Assembly (NCBI RefSeq): GCF_006345805.1 | Contig: NC_043002.1 | Coordinates: 41,044,001-41,108,000, forward strand | Direction: 5' to 3' | DNA from: Octopus sinensis | Lineage: Eukaryota | DNA length: 64,000 bases | In this document: positions 26,564 to 40,917 of the stretch, in pieces | Layout of the letters: each line of letters starts with the position of its first letter | Position numbering within the stretch: position 1 is the first letter of the stretch | The notes under the pieces: model-generated | What the model was told of the DNA's origin: nothing | Databases searched by the model: none | What the model saw: the letters and a program-made list of their open reading frames with translations, nothing else | Program-made: the position numbers and the translations under genes

Positions 26564-26565
<2 letters not shown>
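26317..26565 (-). mobile_element. Pseudo-LTR-like repeat related to 60500-60690, with the hammerhead segment missing
   Basis: Shares both ends (ttaggga..ttacagggaaaaa and aatagtggtttt.tctc.aatt) with the 60.5 kb copy. Confidence 0.5.
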
Positions 26566-26619
<54 letters not shown>

Positions 26620-27092
26620 CAAACACACACATAAGCACATGTATATACATATACATATATATACACACGCACATATATATATATATATTCATATCTGCGT
26701 GTGTGTTGTATGTGCGTATAGTATTCAAGCTGTTGTTCTGTATCAATCATTCTATAGTCATATTCTATATCAAAGCTTAGCTAACCTCTTTCACCTCCAC
26801 TAATTACTAGATAGCTGTATCTTCCTATAGCATTACTGTTCTTTTTCTTTCATAGGCTCTGTTTCACTCCTTTTCTCTCCATTCCAAATTTATTTATTTA
26901 CTTTTGACACTCATTTGGTCTTGTGTTAATAGCTTTATATCTTGGTATGTTCTTTCTATATATACACTTCTGTTTCACTATCTTTCTATTTGCGTATATA
27001 GAATATATAGAATTATATGGATATTTGAATACACGACTTACAAATGCATATGTATATATGTATATATATATATATTATATATATATATATAT

Positions 27093-27126
<34 letters not shown>

Positions 27127-27162
27127 ATTGCGAGAGACAGATAGATGGATTAATAGATAAAT

Positions 27163-27248
<86 letters not shown>

Positions 27249-27458
27249 GTATTTGTGTAGCGTGACTTATTAAGCGCGATATAAACCAGTGTTTAAAACG
27301 CTATACACATCTGTCCAAAAGAATAAATAAAATATGTATAAAATGTATGATAAAAATATTTTATAGAAAATGCATATGAATAATGTATATGATGTACATA
27401 ATACATATTTAACACAATAGGTATGATATTTATAATAATGATGATGATGATAATAATG

Positions 27459-27506
<48 letters not shown>

Positions 27507-27598
27507 GTAATTATAATAATGATAATAATAATAATAATAATAATGATAATAATAATAATAATATATAATAATAATATATAATAATAATAATAATAATG

Positions 27599-27629
<31 letters not shown>

Positions 27630-27773
27630 GGATAATAATAATAACTGATAATTTTAGTAGTAACAATAGATACATAGTTTTATAGTAAAAAGATATAACA
27701 TACTAAAGAGATAAGCAGCGATGTTTATAAAAGTGTATATATATATATGCATATACATACATACATACATACA

Positions 27774-27809
<36 letters not shown>

Positions 27810-27824
27810 TATATAATATATATA

Positions 27825-27869
<45 letters not shown>

Positions 27870-28539
27870 CACACATGCATACCATCATCAAGAAATATGT
27901 AAAAATAAAAGAAATATATATATATTTATATACATATTGTGAATATGTTTGGTGTGCGGAATAATAAAAATATATATATAATGCAAAAAAATATTTTGAT
28001 GAATATAAAGTATATTATGATGACATTAGAGTTGCTTTGTAACACGTTTTATGAGCTGGTTTTTGCAAAATGTTTATTATATAAAGTGATTTTATAAAAG
28101 CGTATTTTCCGTTGATGATCGATGTATATGGAACCTGATATTTAACCTGTTTTTAGTTGTAGCTGCCTCCGAGTATAATGATTCTCATGTCGGCTCATTG
28201 AGACATTGCCATGAGATCAAAATTTATTTCATAGTTTATAGCATGTTAATTTTTCTGCTGGACAGAGATAACATCAATTAGCTCCTTCCTGGTAAAGGGG
28301 TGGCGTTTCCAATAACTGATTAGTCTAATGTAATATTTTCGTTTTTCAAGCTCAGGTCTCTCTAGCAGATAACCGCGAAACAAAGCACCATACAAGATTT
28401 ACTGAAAACATCTAATACCAAAAATTCTCACATTACACTACATACATACATACATAATACATACATACATACATACATACATACATACATACATACACAC
28501 GCGCGCGCACGCACACACACATAATAGGTAGATTTTGTA

Positions 28540-29310
28540 CAAATCTCACTAAGGATTCAAAATGAACAACATTCTGAAAATATAAATTCATCAAATGTAA
28601 AAAGTAACCTAAATCGCTGAAAAGGCTACTGACAAATGCAAAGCTTTACACATAAACCACGAAACCAATGGTTAAAAATCTGGACGTCCAAACTGTGGAA
28701 CATGCCCCAACCTAATTGAAGGCTCGGAATTCCAGTTCAAACAAAGAGAGAGGTTCATAATTAATACCAACTTCACTTGTGCATCCGAGAATTTAATTTA
28801 TGTTGTAACACAACTATATAGGACAGACCAGTATGTCACTTAAACGGAGAACCACAATACATATGGAATAAATCCGTTTCCCAAGGTATAGATAGATAAC
28901 TGAGTAAAAACATAGAAATACGTGCAGAGAATTTCACAGTTTCTCCCATCTACCAGTGCACAGAAACAATTTCTGTCCAAGAACATTTAGATAAAGAGAA
29001 TTTATTTATCGAAAAATACAGAATACGCCTAAATATGAACATATAATCAAATTTGATCATGTACCCATCACTCTACATGTTTCATCTCACTACTTTAGCT
29101 TATAAGTCTGTGCATGTTTATTTATCCTATCCCAAAATAAGCATTTACCTCCCTTGTCCCAAGTAATACCCATCATCAATTACCTCCCCTTAGATTTTTC
29201 TACTTGTTGATCCATTCCCAAACTTTCATACAAAAACATGTACTAAAATCTTAATAAAATACGAAATAACAATAATTTCAATAAGCGAAAGCGAAACCGG
29301 TTGACAACCA
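28540..29310 (+). mobile_element. Penelope-like element 3' part: linker, GIY-YIG domain and decayed pseudo-LTR
   Basis: KFIKCKK*PKSLKRLLTNAKL, GRPNCGTCPNLIEG, FTCASENLIYVVT, NYIGQTSMSLKRR and KENLFIEKY; degenerate hammerhead at 29277-29308. Confidence 0.82.
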
Positions 29311-29591
29311 CAATACTCTTTCATTTAAAATATATTACAACTATGTAAACTGCGCAGTTTCCTTCTTTTATTATATATATGTACATATATATATATATAT
29401 ATGCGTTAAATAACGAAGGTAGCTTGTCGCAATATAAGACTAAAAAGAAAAATTCAATTGTCTCTAATAGTGACTGAGAGTGAAGGTAGCACCTACATTG
29501 CTAGAAACAAGAGTCAAAAACCCTTATAGCCACAGGAAGCACATTGTCTATGTACTGACAGGGAAAATAACTACCCCACAGCGAATAATAT

Positions 29592-29669
<78 letters not shown>

Positions 29670-30066
29670 ATATATATATATTCATTCTTTCGGAAAAATG
29701 TCGTAATACTACTCTCTCTAAATATGTTTGATGTTTAAAGCTTAGTAATAATTATAATTGTAAAATTGATCGGACTAATACAGAACACAAATCTCCTAAC
29801 ATTAATGGATCCAGAAGATGTTAATGCTGTCTCTCGGAGTATAATACACGATTAAAGTGTTTTGTAATTTTGAAAAGAGGTCCGATCTTCTGAATTCCTG
29901 GAGTCAGTTTAATCGATATTTCCATCTACCAACTAACTAAAATAGTTTATTCCCCACATGACATATTTATCATACCTTGGAAGACAGTCACATAAACCCA
30001 ACAAGAGCCGATTTTTTCCGCTTACGGTGTGTTAATGATTCTGCCAGCTAGCCGCCTTACAATAAC

Positions 30067-30151
<85 letters not shown>

Positions 30152-30163
30152 TAACAATAATAT

Positions 30164-30295
<132 letters not shown>

Positions 30296-30795
30296 CTGAC
30301 AGATTACGTGATTTTTATATGCTCTGTCTGTTCAGTGACAGACGTCCAGTAGTTGCATAAAGTTAAATCTCATTGCCAGCTGTATATAGAATTTAAGTAA
30401 CCGATCAGTGATGTTACAAATAGCCTACAGGTTTATTTAAAAAATAATTAATAGCAACAGAAGCATTATTAGTACTAAAAGGCAATCACTAAATCCAACT
30501 TAACGTGGATGTATCGTTAGAGCGCCGAATACTGCGTTTGGCTATTTGCGACGTCAGTGCCTGAACAGTTACTGAAATTCCATATCTCGTTAGCAGTGAG
30601 ATTTGGTTGTATACGGCTATCGAACCTCTGCCACCGAAGAGACGGGAAATCACGTGATCTGGCTGTTTCAGCGCCCGAAGCAGAAGATTCTGGTAACCTA
30701 TTGATATATATGTGTGCTTTGATGCATCATGCACTCGTATGAGATGTCCTCTTAAGATTAATGACGCAGTATTCAGCGTTCGATATAAACATTGC

Positions 30796-30864
<69 letters not shown>

Positions 30865-30982
30865 GCACCTTTACGTATTAAATAACTTTTCTTCGTTTGT
30901 GGACACAGACACCGATCATACATACATACAGATATATAGCTATATCTGTATATGTAGACAGGTATATGCGCATATACATTCG

Positions 30983-31068
<86 letters not shown>

Positions 31069-31553
31069 GTGTGTGTGGCTGTCAATGTGTGTATGGGTGT
31101 GTGTATGTGTGTGTGCACGCGCCCGTCGTTCGAGTTTATAATGGAAGTATTCGCTGTTCTCAGATGTTACAGCTAACTTCTATTAATTAGAAGGCAAAAA
31201 CCATTTGATTTCCATCCAAAGTTGCAATTATACTCGTTAATAAATACCCTTTTCACTTCAAAATACCACACAAAGCAAGAAAACGTACGAAAAAAAAAAA
31301 CAATAACGACTAAATAGTGTAAAGCCAACGTAAAAAAAACACCCAGCAACTTTCTCTTCCGCCATAAATTTAATTAGAGTACATACGACCTAATAATTAA
31401 CCTCGAACCACACCCTGCTACATCCGACACCCATTACCACGTCGGTCATTTTACATCTCACATTTGGGTTATAAACTGTCTGATATATGTACTGCACCCA
31501 TCCAAACATTATATACACACATACATACATACATACATACATACATACATACA

Positions 31554-31606
<53 letters not shown>

Positions 31607-31861
31607 TATGTATGTATGTATGTATATGTATTATATATATATATATATGTATTATGTATATATATATATATATATTTATATATAGAAAGTGAGAAATATG
31701 TCTATAGATAAACACAGTCATAGTTACATTCAATGTATACATATACATAGATACGTGCATGTACGTATCTATGTATATGTATGCATTATTCATATATATA
31801 GAAATAAAAATGTGTGTATATGTATATGTGTATATATGTACATATATATATATATATATAT

Positions 31862-32292
31862 AATATCGTGTACATTAGAACACATTAAGAGGCTTCCAAA
31901 TAGGAAAGCCTTGTGCTAGAAAGAGCAGTAGAAAACACAAACCACTAATTATGGATAAATTCTCGAAAGGATTGAAAATTAAAAACGTTTACCATCTAAT
32001 TTAGTTCCTAGACCATGGTTTCTAACTCATTCCAGTAAAAAAATCTGGTTGTGTGTATATTTGAAATCTAAAGGCTCCCTAGTGACGAAAACTACCCTCA
32101 GTAAATATTTTTTTTCCTGGAATGAGTTAGAAACCATGGTCTAGGAACTAAATTAGATGGTAAACGTTTTTTAATTTTCAATCCTTTCGAGAATTTATCC
32201 ATAATTAGTGGTTTGAGTTTTTTTACTGCTCTTTCTAGCACAAGGCTTTCCCATTTGGAAGCTTCTTAATGTGTTCTAATGTATACGATATT
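31862..32292. repeat. Long inverted repeat (arms 31862-32045 and 32107-32292)
   Basis: Arms of about 184 bp with few mismatches and a 61-bp spacer; probably an inverted pseudo-LTR pair. Confidence 0.9.
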
Positions 32293-34189
32293 TTTATGTG
32301 AATACTATATAGTCTCTTGACTATTTTCTTGTGTGCTAGGCCACTGTTAATAATAATTTCTATAATTCGTATTATCCTAATATTATATATATATATATAT
32401 ATACTTACATAGTTGTCGGTACCCCGATTGTGGAACATGTCCATCTCCTTATTGCTGATAGCCTGTAACAGTTAAGCTATTCTATCATGAGGCCCTTAAC
32501 TGACTATGTAGCACTGGTCGTGTTTAAGTTTTTTGTTTGTTTGTTTGTTTGTGGCAAATGTAAGCGAAGAATTTAATCAAGAATTTCATCAACGGAGGCT
32601 CTGCTCTTATGCATTCGTCTAAAATGGATCTTTTACTCGCTAGTAGATGAGCACAGTTTCGGACATAAATGACAGCGGTACTCCTCCAAAGCTGTTGGAA
32701 ATGTATGAATATTAAGCATTACTTGTTTCTCCTGACATGGGATTTTTCATGGCTGAAAAGACTGGCTTTTGAAAATATAATACGACAACAGACAGCGCAG
32801 GGAAACTCAATTCTTGGTCCTCTATTATGCAAAAACTTAAACAGCGTACAATTTTCAGGGATTTCGCCATTCACTCCTTATGAAGTACTCATGTTGAAAG
32901 ATGTTGAAGATGGCCCTTCGAGCCATCTATTCAGTTTCACTCATAGGGATTGTGTTGACCGAAGACTGTGATAAATGACACTTTTTAAAATTAAGATGTC
33001 GTAGGATCGAACTTAGAACTTAATGATTGCGAAATGAACTTCTCAACTATTTGAAAATAACTGCATGAATTTATATGTACAAATATACTGTGCTTAAAGA
33101 CAGGATTATATATCTCATATATATTACACACACACACACACACGCTTGCATCGTAATTCTCACGATATATATTTCGTGTCACGCTTAGAAGTGGTGCACG
33201 GTATCAGAAATTTTGGCACGAGTCAAATACAACAAACTACTCCAATATCCATATCAGTAAAGTCTAGACCGGTTGTCTTGTACTGGCATCGAATCGATGC
33301 ATTTCTTCTTATATCTACGTATAAACGACTTCAAAATGTCACTATTTGGTTTGGCTTGATTTTGAAGCTGTATATAATATATATGCATGAGATTTGGTGT
33401 CGTAAACAAAATGTTATACAACCTAATCCGTCAAGTAAATAATGTACATAATTCCCCATCTCTTAAATATAGAACTGTATCAACGTAATCCATAGAAAAT
33501 ATAGTCCCGAAGACAGAAATATAAAAAGTTACAGTGATACTAAAGCAATACTCACTCATAATGTTTTATAATAGAGTTTTAGTGGAATGTTCCTGTCAAA
33601 TCTTCAGTTAAAATGAAAGCGTTGTAAGAATGAATATAATGACCTGCGCAGTGGAAAAGAAACTGTATACTTCTGTCTTCGTTTATCATGGGGGGTTATA
33701 GTTCTAAAAAAAGGCAGTGATAAATGAATCGTCTCCATGCACTTTGTAAATGAAACGAATGGTTGATTCATTGACACCAAACACGAGGCCCACGGCAGCA
33801 AAGCTTCGACCGTCTGTCTTGATCATCTCTGCCTTTTCCTCTTCATTTGCATCGTTTTTTAGAACCGTATACTTTTATTTACTTGTTCCATGTCGATAGG
33901 TACAAGTACACAAATCAGTGTAGAAAACATATTCAGATTTGCAGTATGATCTTGTATTCACTGACGATAAGAAGTGCATTCTGAATAACTGAGCATTATG
34001 GGTGGTCGCAGATGGGGGGTGGGGAATTCTTGCAGTACAAGTAAAATTTTAGACTGATCAACGACCCTTTTCATCACAAATCAGTCCGCACTTAGCGTAG
34101 CGTGGTTCGTAACTAACAGTATCGTGTTATCCCGGATCTGCGATGTACAAATCAGTGAAAACCGAGGCTATATGTTCAGTTGCCTAGCT

Positions 34190-34480
34190 GATGTTAACAA
34201 AACTGTTAATGATGAGAGAAAAAAAGGGGGGGGGGAAACTATGCCGAATTAATGAGATATCTACGGGTATTCTGCCAGGATTATAACTTGAGATTTATTT
34301 CTATAATTATTGCGGCGACTGGATATGAAACAACCTCAAAGTAAATCTTCAGATGTTGGTATTTGCAAAAGCAGGAAGGACACGGTTAATTAGGAAATTA
34401 CAACTTAAAGCTATTAATGAAACTGAAAATATGCAAAATATTCCAGAAGTTTCAGCCTGTATTAAGTTAATAAGTGCATA
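34190..34480 (+). mobile_element. Diverged R4/Dong endonuclease C-terminus
   Basis: NYAELMRYL, QDYNLRFISIIIAATGY and RLIRKLQLKAI parallel the copy at 14640-15040. Confidence 0.6.
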
Positions 34481-35099
34481 TACGCATTCTGGGAGACATA
34501 GAAGTATATAATTACACCGACATACATAAATCGAAACAATAAAGATTTCACATATACTTTAAACACACACACACACGAACGCACGCGCAAACACATACTC
34601 ACACGCACACGTAAACATATACACACGCATGTGCTCTCGCATATTCCTTGTAAAGCCACCGTGAACCAGTTCTTAAGTAAATCGGATAAACCGAATTGCA
34701 TATAGTTAGTATTCTAAGTCGGCGAAAAAAACAACAATATTAACAAAGATAGTTAAACAGTATCCCGGTGAAGAGTTAAAAGAGAGTAATCGGTCACTGA
34801 CGAGATCCAAATTCCATTGTAATGACTGAAACCAGTCAGCCTGGTCTTACCTTTTCTGTTTCTGTCCACGAACGTCTGGAGGAAGGGACAATTCTCAGGA
34901 TCGTTGCAGGATCTCTGAGATCAGTGAGAGCAATTCCATAAATTTGTTGTTTCTAGGAAGAGTCATTATGCTAATATAATTAACACACGCACCGGTTCAA
35001 TTCCACTCCTTTATTATTAGTCAATTGGTTAAATATCCAACTAACTAATCGATTATTTAATTTGTTTTGTTTTTGTTTGTCAAAGCTCATTCGTTGTTA

Positions 35100-36700
35100 C
35101 TTGCAACCTTTTCAATAACTATTGACTTAGTCTGTTATAGAGGCCGCGTTTGTCTGTTTGAGATCTTGGTGATTCCATAGGCGTTCCTCTAGAACCATTG
35201 TATGCTATCTCTTGAAGAAAAGAAGGGACATAAGCAAGTGGGGAGCTCCAGGGAGGCTGATGTTCTAGAAGGAAAAACTGGGAATAGTTTTTATTAGAAG
35301 GGTTAAACACAACAAGGCTGACAAGACGAGGAGGTATGTGCCAAACCAGTTCTGAGAAACAGAGGTCGTTATAGAAAGAGGCCACTAGAAAAAGGAGGGA
35401 GGGCGGGAAAGAGAGACAGACAGAGACAAAGAAAGGAGTGGGATGAGGGTCATGGCACCTGTTGGTTACAGGTGGATGCTTCTATATGAGTGACTTTATA
35501 CCGCTGAGTCGAGTAGTCAATTTTTGCATACCCTCTACGATGTCTGCAACAGTACTGCTTCAGATCTGAAAACATAACTTCATAAAAAGCTTCTCGTGAA
35601 CGTTGTAGAGCATTAAAAATTGATGGGTTTGTTGGGAGACATCTGGCTTTTAAGGGAAGGGCCAGTCGGAACTAGCTATGGTAAGGAAGTGATAATAAGG
35701 CCCAATATTGGGATTGATCGTGAAGTATCAAGTTTTGTACTGCTCCTAATTAAGAATCAAGGGAGGGGTTGGTATGACGGTGTTTCCTTGATATAACAAG
35801 CATCTGTGTTTTATTACTGCTGAAAGTGACAAGATTAACATATTCTTACTGTCCTAGAATCGGTGCGCGTACAACGTGTGGGGTATACATTGCAAGTAGT
35901 AGTTAATGCATGGTTGGAGAAGGTTGGATAAGGGGAACGTGTTGTATCATCAGCGTAAGAGTGGACGTTGTTTGACGAGATAGCAAGTAATTCAGTGTAG
36001 AAGGAAGAAAGCCGGGGACAAAACTGAAACTTGAAGCACGTCAGAGTTAATAGAATGAGAAACAAAAGAGTTCCATCAACATATTCTACGATGTATGATC
36101 TGGTAGGAAGCTATCAATTCAATGCAGTAGTGGCCGGAGGATACGATAGATAGGGAGGACACTGTTACAGTTGGCAGAGATTAAGTTTGTTGGTGAGAAA
36201 GAGATCAAAAGCGTTTGGAGTATGAGTGTCAATTTAGAATATGTGCAGAAGATGCGATAGTGAAGAGACTTGAGGGTTGCAAAGGATTCGGTTTCTGCAC
36301 CGGCAGCATCTGCATGCGAAGAGTGAGAGCCAGAAGAATTATGGGATTTGAATTGACTGAGGGCGATAACTTCAGAGAGGGCAGAATCGAGATATACTCT
36401 TCAATATAGAAATAGTTATGGTCGAAGCCTTATGCTAGTTGTTCGGGAGAATTAAACGAACGATATTTGCGGTAAACACTTGTTTACTGAGGATGTTGCA
36501 GCACTTCACCTTCGAATGGAGAAGTCGATGTCTCAGCAGGCGGTGAAGCAGCTCCGTATGTATTTCGGTCCTTTCCACTAGAGCTGCCTGGAGCCAGCCA
36601 CCGATGTAGGCGCAATAATTCCCGCATAACAATTCAAGCTTTGTCGAGCCAGATGTTTAAACTATGGACCAGATGTTTCTACCATCCTCAATGCTCGTTC
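35100..36700 (-). mobile_element. Decayed CR1-group (L2/Crack-like) LINE with an internal deletion
   Basis: APE-like EVIALSQFKSHN..DAAGAE and AFDLFLTN, then HSYADDTT (YADD at 35946-35957), QMLVISRK, ILGL and NYSQFF..RTS. Confidence 0.75.
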
Positions 36701-37020
36701 TTGTTGCACCAGTCGTCCTCTCCCTTGAGTTAGATATAATGGCTTGCTTAATCAGCGAATTTTCTGGCAATATCTTTTCTCTCCTCCGCAACTGGTCGAA
36801 GACTCGTGAGCATCAAGTGAACTCTGCTTCCAAGAAATCCTCTAACATCTTTCTCTACATGAAGGCATATTGACTCATATCCTTTTGTTTCACAGAGTTC
36901 AATCAACTTACTGAATTTTTTTTTCTTTCCCAAAGAAAGCTGATGTATTTGGGGTGCGAACGAAGGAGATATTGAATCAGAGTAACTAAAAGTTGTTCTT
37001 GCTGAAACCCAGATATGCAA
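36700..37020 (-). mobile_element. Restriction-like endonuclease remnant (HERO/NeSL-like)
   Basis: KFSKLIELCETKGYESICLHVEKDVRGFLG..ERKDIARKFAD*ASHYI resembles KY.EL..C...GW....PVEVG.RGF...AAE.AS.WIW. Confidence 0.55.
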
Positions 37021-37447
37021 GGTGAATGACAGGGAGAATGAAGTCTACGCATAGACAGACACAAACATTTGAAATTAAGTTAGAATAAAGAGTATAGCCT
37101 GGAGAGTTGGGATGGATTGGAGAGAAGGGTTAAGAAACATGTTTCGGAGAGGAAAGTTGTCCAGAGTTTACTTCTGGTCTTTGGCGTTTTTAGGAAAAGT
37201 AAAACATGGAGGTGTAGCGCTGGATCATGGCAACCTCCTAGAGGAAATCCGGGTCGAATACTTACAATACAGTGAACTCCGCTAAAGGCATCCAAGGGCC
37301 AGGTGGCATTGTCAAAGCGGGTGGTGTCATATACCTCAGACCCAGGAAAGAAGGTTTTATTCTATGCTATATTTCACAGGATTACATTATCTTAGAGGAG
37401 TAGTAAAGAATATTGGCTTCGAAGAACAGAAAATATTTCCCCATCAT

Positions 37448-37490
<43 letters not shown>

Positions 37491-37491
37491 A

Positions 37492-37526
<35 letters not shown>

Positions 37527-37840
37527 CAGCAGTAGTAGCAGCAGCAGCAACAACAGCGGTATCTGTAGCAGTAGTAGTGGTGGTGGTGGTAGTAGTAGTA
37601 GCAGTAGTAGTGGTGGTGGTAGTAGTAGTAGCAGTAGTAGCAGCAGCAGCAACAACAGCGGTATCTGTAGCAGTAGTAGTGGTGGTGGTGGTAGTAGTAG
37701 TAGCAGTAGTAGTGGTGGTGGTAGTAGTAGCAGCAGTAGTAGCATCAGCAGCAGCAACAACAGCGGTATCTGTAGCAGTAGTAGTAGTGGTGGTGGTGGT
37801 GGTGGTGTGGTGGTGGTGGTGGTAGTAGTAGTAGTAGTAC
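37448..37840. repeat. (GTA/GCA/GTG)n triplet array with a higher-order unit of about 103 bp
   Basis: gcaacaacagcggtatctgtagca recurs three times at regular spacing. Confidence 0.85.
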
Positions 37841-37886
37841 TAGCGGCATCATCAATGATGTAATTCCTCATCTTCTAACAACTGAA

Positions 37887-37942
<56 letters not shown>

Positions 37943-39223
37943 AGTGTGTATGTATATGTGCATGAGTGTATGTGTGCACGAGTGTTTGTGTGTGTGTGTG
38001 TGTCTGTGCGTGTACATAGCGTGTCGGATGAGAGATATGTACATACATACAAACATACATACATACATACATACATACATACATACATACATACATACAT
38101 ACATACATACACAAATAGACACACATCCTTTTATATGCATGCACAAGTCACCATTGTGACCTACCAACAACACAACTTGGCAGTGAAATGCCCTGTTGCA
38201 ATCACAATGATACATTCACTAACCTGGCTTCCGTTCACGCTTTTGATTCTGGAATCTTATGGTGCATCACTTCCGGCACTCTCTAGTAATAAATCGATAA
38301 AGCTGAAATTGTAAGGTAATATGTCAGTTTAACTCCTCATACGGAATTTTCACCCTTTGAGCACTCTAAAAGGGGAAAACAGCCCTTCTGGTCATTTTTT
38401 AATGCTGGGTCAGGGAATAATTGTTTCAGTTATTCTTGGTAATTAAATTTGATTAATGGATTATTATTTCCCCACTTTTACCGTGAACTGCTGTAGCTCT
38501 CATTTATTAGTTCACGGCCTGACATCTGCTGCTAAAGGTATTTATAAGCGTTATTATTTTTAAAAGCATGCATGAACTGCCTTTTACGAGAAGCGGGCCG
38601 CAAGAGACATGACTAATCACCAGGCAAGTCAAGGTAATATAAAAATAGTCAAGGTAATATTTTTTTTTCTTTGATAGGCGTGCTGATCACGCGGGCCGCA
38701 CTGCTAAAAGAAAAAAATCGAGGTAATTTTTCGTTAGGCATGCCATTCAGAATGTTCTGCGGGCCGCAATTTGCTGATGACTGTTTTAAAGGTGGGACAT
38801 GCTATGTTCAAATCATTTGCTTTACAAGTTGACTTCAGATATGTTTTTGTACACGCACGGGCATACACACACACACACACACACACACGATTGTCATGAA
38901 TATCTGATGTTAGCTCTTTATATCAGTAGACTTTGCTTGTACTCGTATTCGTTGATGTTTTAGCCCCAGTTTTATACTTTCGGTTTTCTAATTCCATTTA
39001 TTGTTTCGCTGGTTTTCTAAGTGTATAAAATTGGAAAGTCATTTACCATACACACACGCCATTTGTCATATACACACGTAGACTCACACATATACACACG
39101 TACGTGTGTGTATGTGTGTGTAAGCAAGTGTGAACATGCTATCTTAAAAGGAGCATGTATGAATCTTTATATTTTGTTTTGTATACGTTGCGAAAGTGTA
39201 GTGCTTATTTCTCAATAAAAACG

Positions 39224-39258
<35 letters not shown>

Positions 39259-40196
39259 AGACACACACACACGTACACACACACATGGGGTAGGTGTTAG
39301 GATATTGTTTTTGTGCAGCTAACATCCCCGTAATTCTTCCGCGATTCGTCCATTAATGGTGACAGTCGTAATATTTTTGTACATGTCAGGAATAGGGATG
39401 TTTCTGTTGGTAGACGTATGACTTGCTATATATTTTCGGCATATGAAAGGAAAAGGAGTTAATTATATCGTTTGATGATGGTGGGGAGGTTTCTCACACA
39501 TGGCTTGATGTTCAAAGCAGACAAGTCCATATTGGTGTGTCAAACTAACAGTCAGTGCCCGTCCTGTATTAGCAATGAGGGTTTTTCAATACGTTTGTTC
39601 TGTCATGATGTTGGTATGATTGTATTGGTTGCATACCCTTCCAATGTCCTTCCAATCGACTACATTTATTTTTTTGTACCACACGTGACAGAAAGGTGTG
39701 TGTCATGACTAAAGTGTTCCCTCTACACTGCATTAATTTTTATTCAAGGTTACTGCTCTATAAACAGGTTGTCGTCATTGAAGCTTGCGGTGTCCACTTC
39801 TCTCCCGCGCAATTTCTTTTATTCAAAGGAATTGCTCTCTTAATCAGTGCGGTGCTCCCCACTGCCTATCTCTGTGCCGAATTTCGTTTAGAATTACTGA
39901 TGTCTTTTTTGGTTCAGATTCACTAGAGAAAGTGCTCTCAGTATGGCTGTAGAATGAAAGGAGAGACTTTGGAGAAGAGATGTGACTTGAGATAGACCAG
40001 TGGGTTTGATTGGAATATTGCCAACTCCCAGTAAACTCTCAGAGTTTACTAGGAGTGGAAGAGGATACTTATAAAAGACTGGCGAGTTTTGTTTAGTCGA
40101 CTGTGAAACCACTTCTTTCCGTAGTACTTCTGAGAATGCCCACAAAATAGTTGTAAGAAAAGGAAACTCATGATAGCCTGGTAGATTGATTTAGAG

Positions 40197-40457
40197 CAGG
40201 GATTCTCAACTATTTTTTTTTATCTATAGATCCCTTTGATTATTATTTTATTCTGGTGGATCCCTATAGCTATTCAATGTTTAAAAACTAGTTTAATAGA
40301 AGCTTCTTTCAAAATTCCATTTTGTTTTGGTTGAACTATGTAAGACAGTAACCTAGCTGACTCTTACAATACATACAAATACATACATCAAAAGCAAATT
40401 TAATATGTTGTTGCGTAGACTCCCATGGGCCATATAGGCCCCCGTTGAGAACCACTG
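40197..40457. mobile_element. hAT (Charlie-like) MITE
   Basis: TIRs cagggattctcaac / gttgagaaccactg. Confidence 0.7.
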
Positions 40458-40686
40458 TGTATAAAGTTCCTGAAAGTAGACAGTCAGCTTACAACTGACT
40501 GGTGAAGGAATTGGAATAATAGTAGCTGGATATGTCTCGATAGGCGGCATAGTATCCTATAACAATTGGACATAAAAGTTGCTTCTACTATATAGAGACA
40601 AAAGAAGTATCTTATAAACGAAGATCTGAGACATAGGCTGTCTGCATTGACACACAAATTCGTGAAGCGTTCCATATTGTTTGAAA

Positions 40687-40917
40687 GGTGGCGAGCTGGC
40701 AGAATCGTTAGCACGCTGGGCGAAATGCGTAGCCGTATTTCGTCTGCCGTTACGTTCTGAGTTCAAATTCCGCCGAGGTCGACTTTGCCTTTCATCCTTT
40801 CGGGGTCGATAAATTAAGTACCAGTTACGCACTGGGATCGATATAATCGATTTAATCCGTTTGTCTGTCCTTGTCTGTCCCCTCTGTGTTTAGCCCCTTG
40901 TGGGTAGTAAAGAAACA
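40687..40917 (+). mobile_element. tRNA-headed SINE, family A (near full length)
   Basis: ggtggcgagctggcagaatcgttagc...gagttcaaattccgccgagg...ccttgtgggtagtaaagaaa. Confidence 0.9.

Noticed and set aside
34797-34841. CTGACGA...GAAAC-CA-GTC motif
   Set aside because: Stems I and II do not pair convincingly. Similar weak motifs at about 11498-11543 and 29480-29515 were also not called.
37376-37447. Candidate plus-strand exon (LHYLRGVVKNIGFEEQKIFPHH)
   Set aside because: The acceptor is plausible, but the only donor is supplied by the GTA repeat and the peptide is not recognised.
37364-37871. Poly-Val and poly-Leu ORFs
   Set aside because: Triplet-repeat array with no unique coding content.
39300-40150. 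Coding-like decayed sequence on the minus strand, possibly LINE ORF1
   Set aside because: No motif I could name with confidence. The same applies to 32600-33000.
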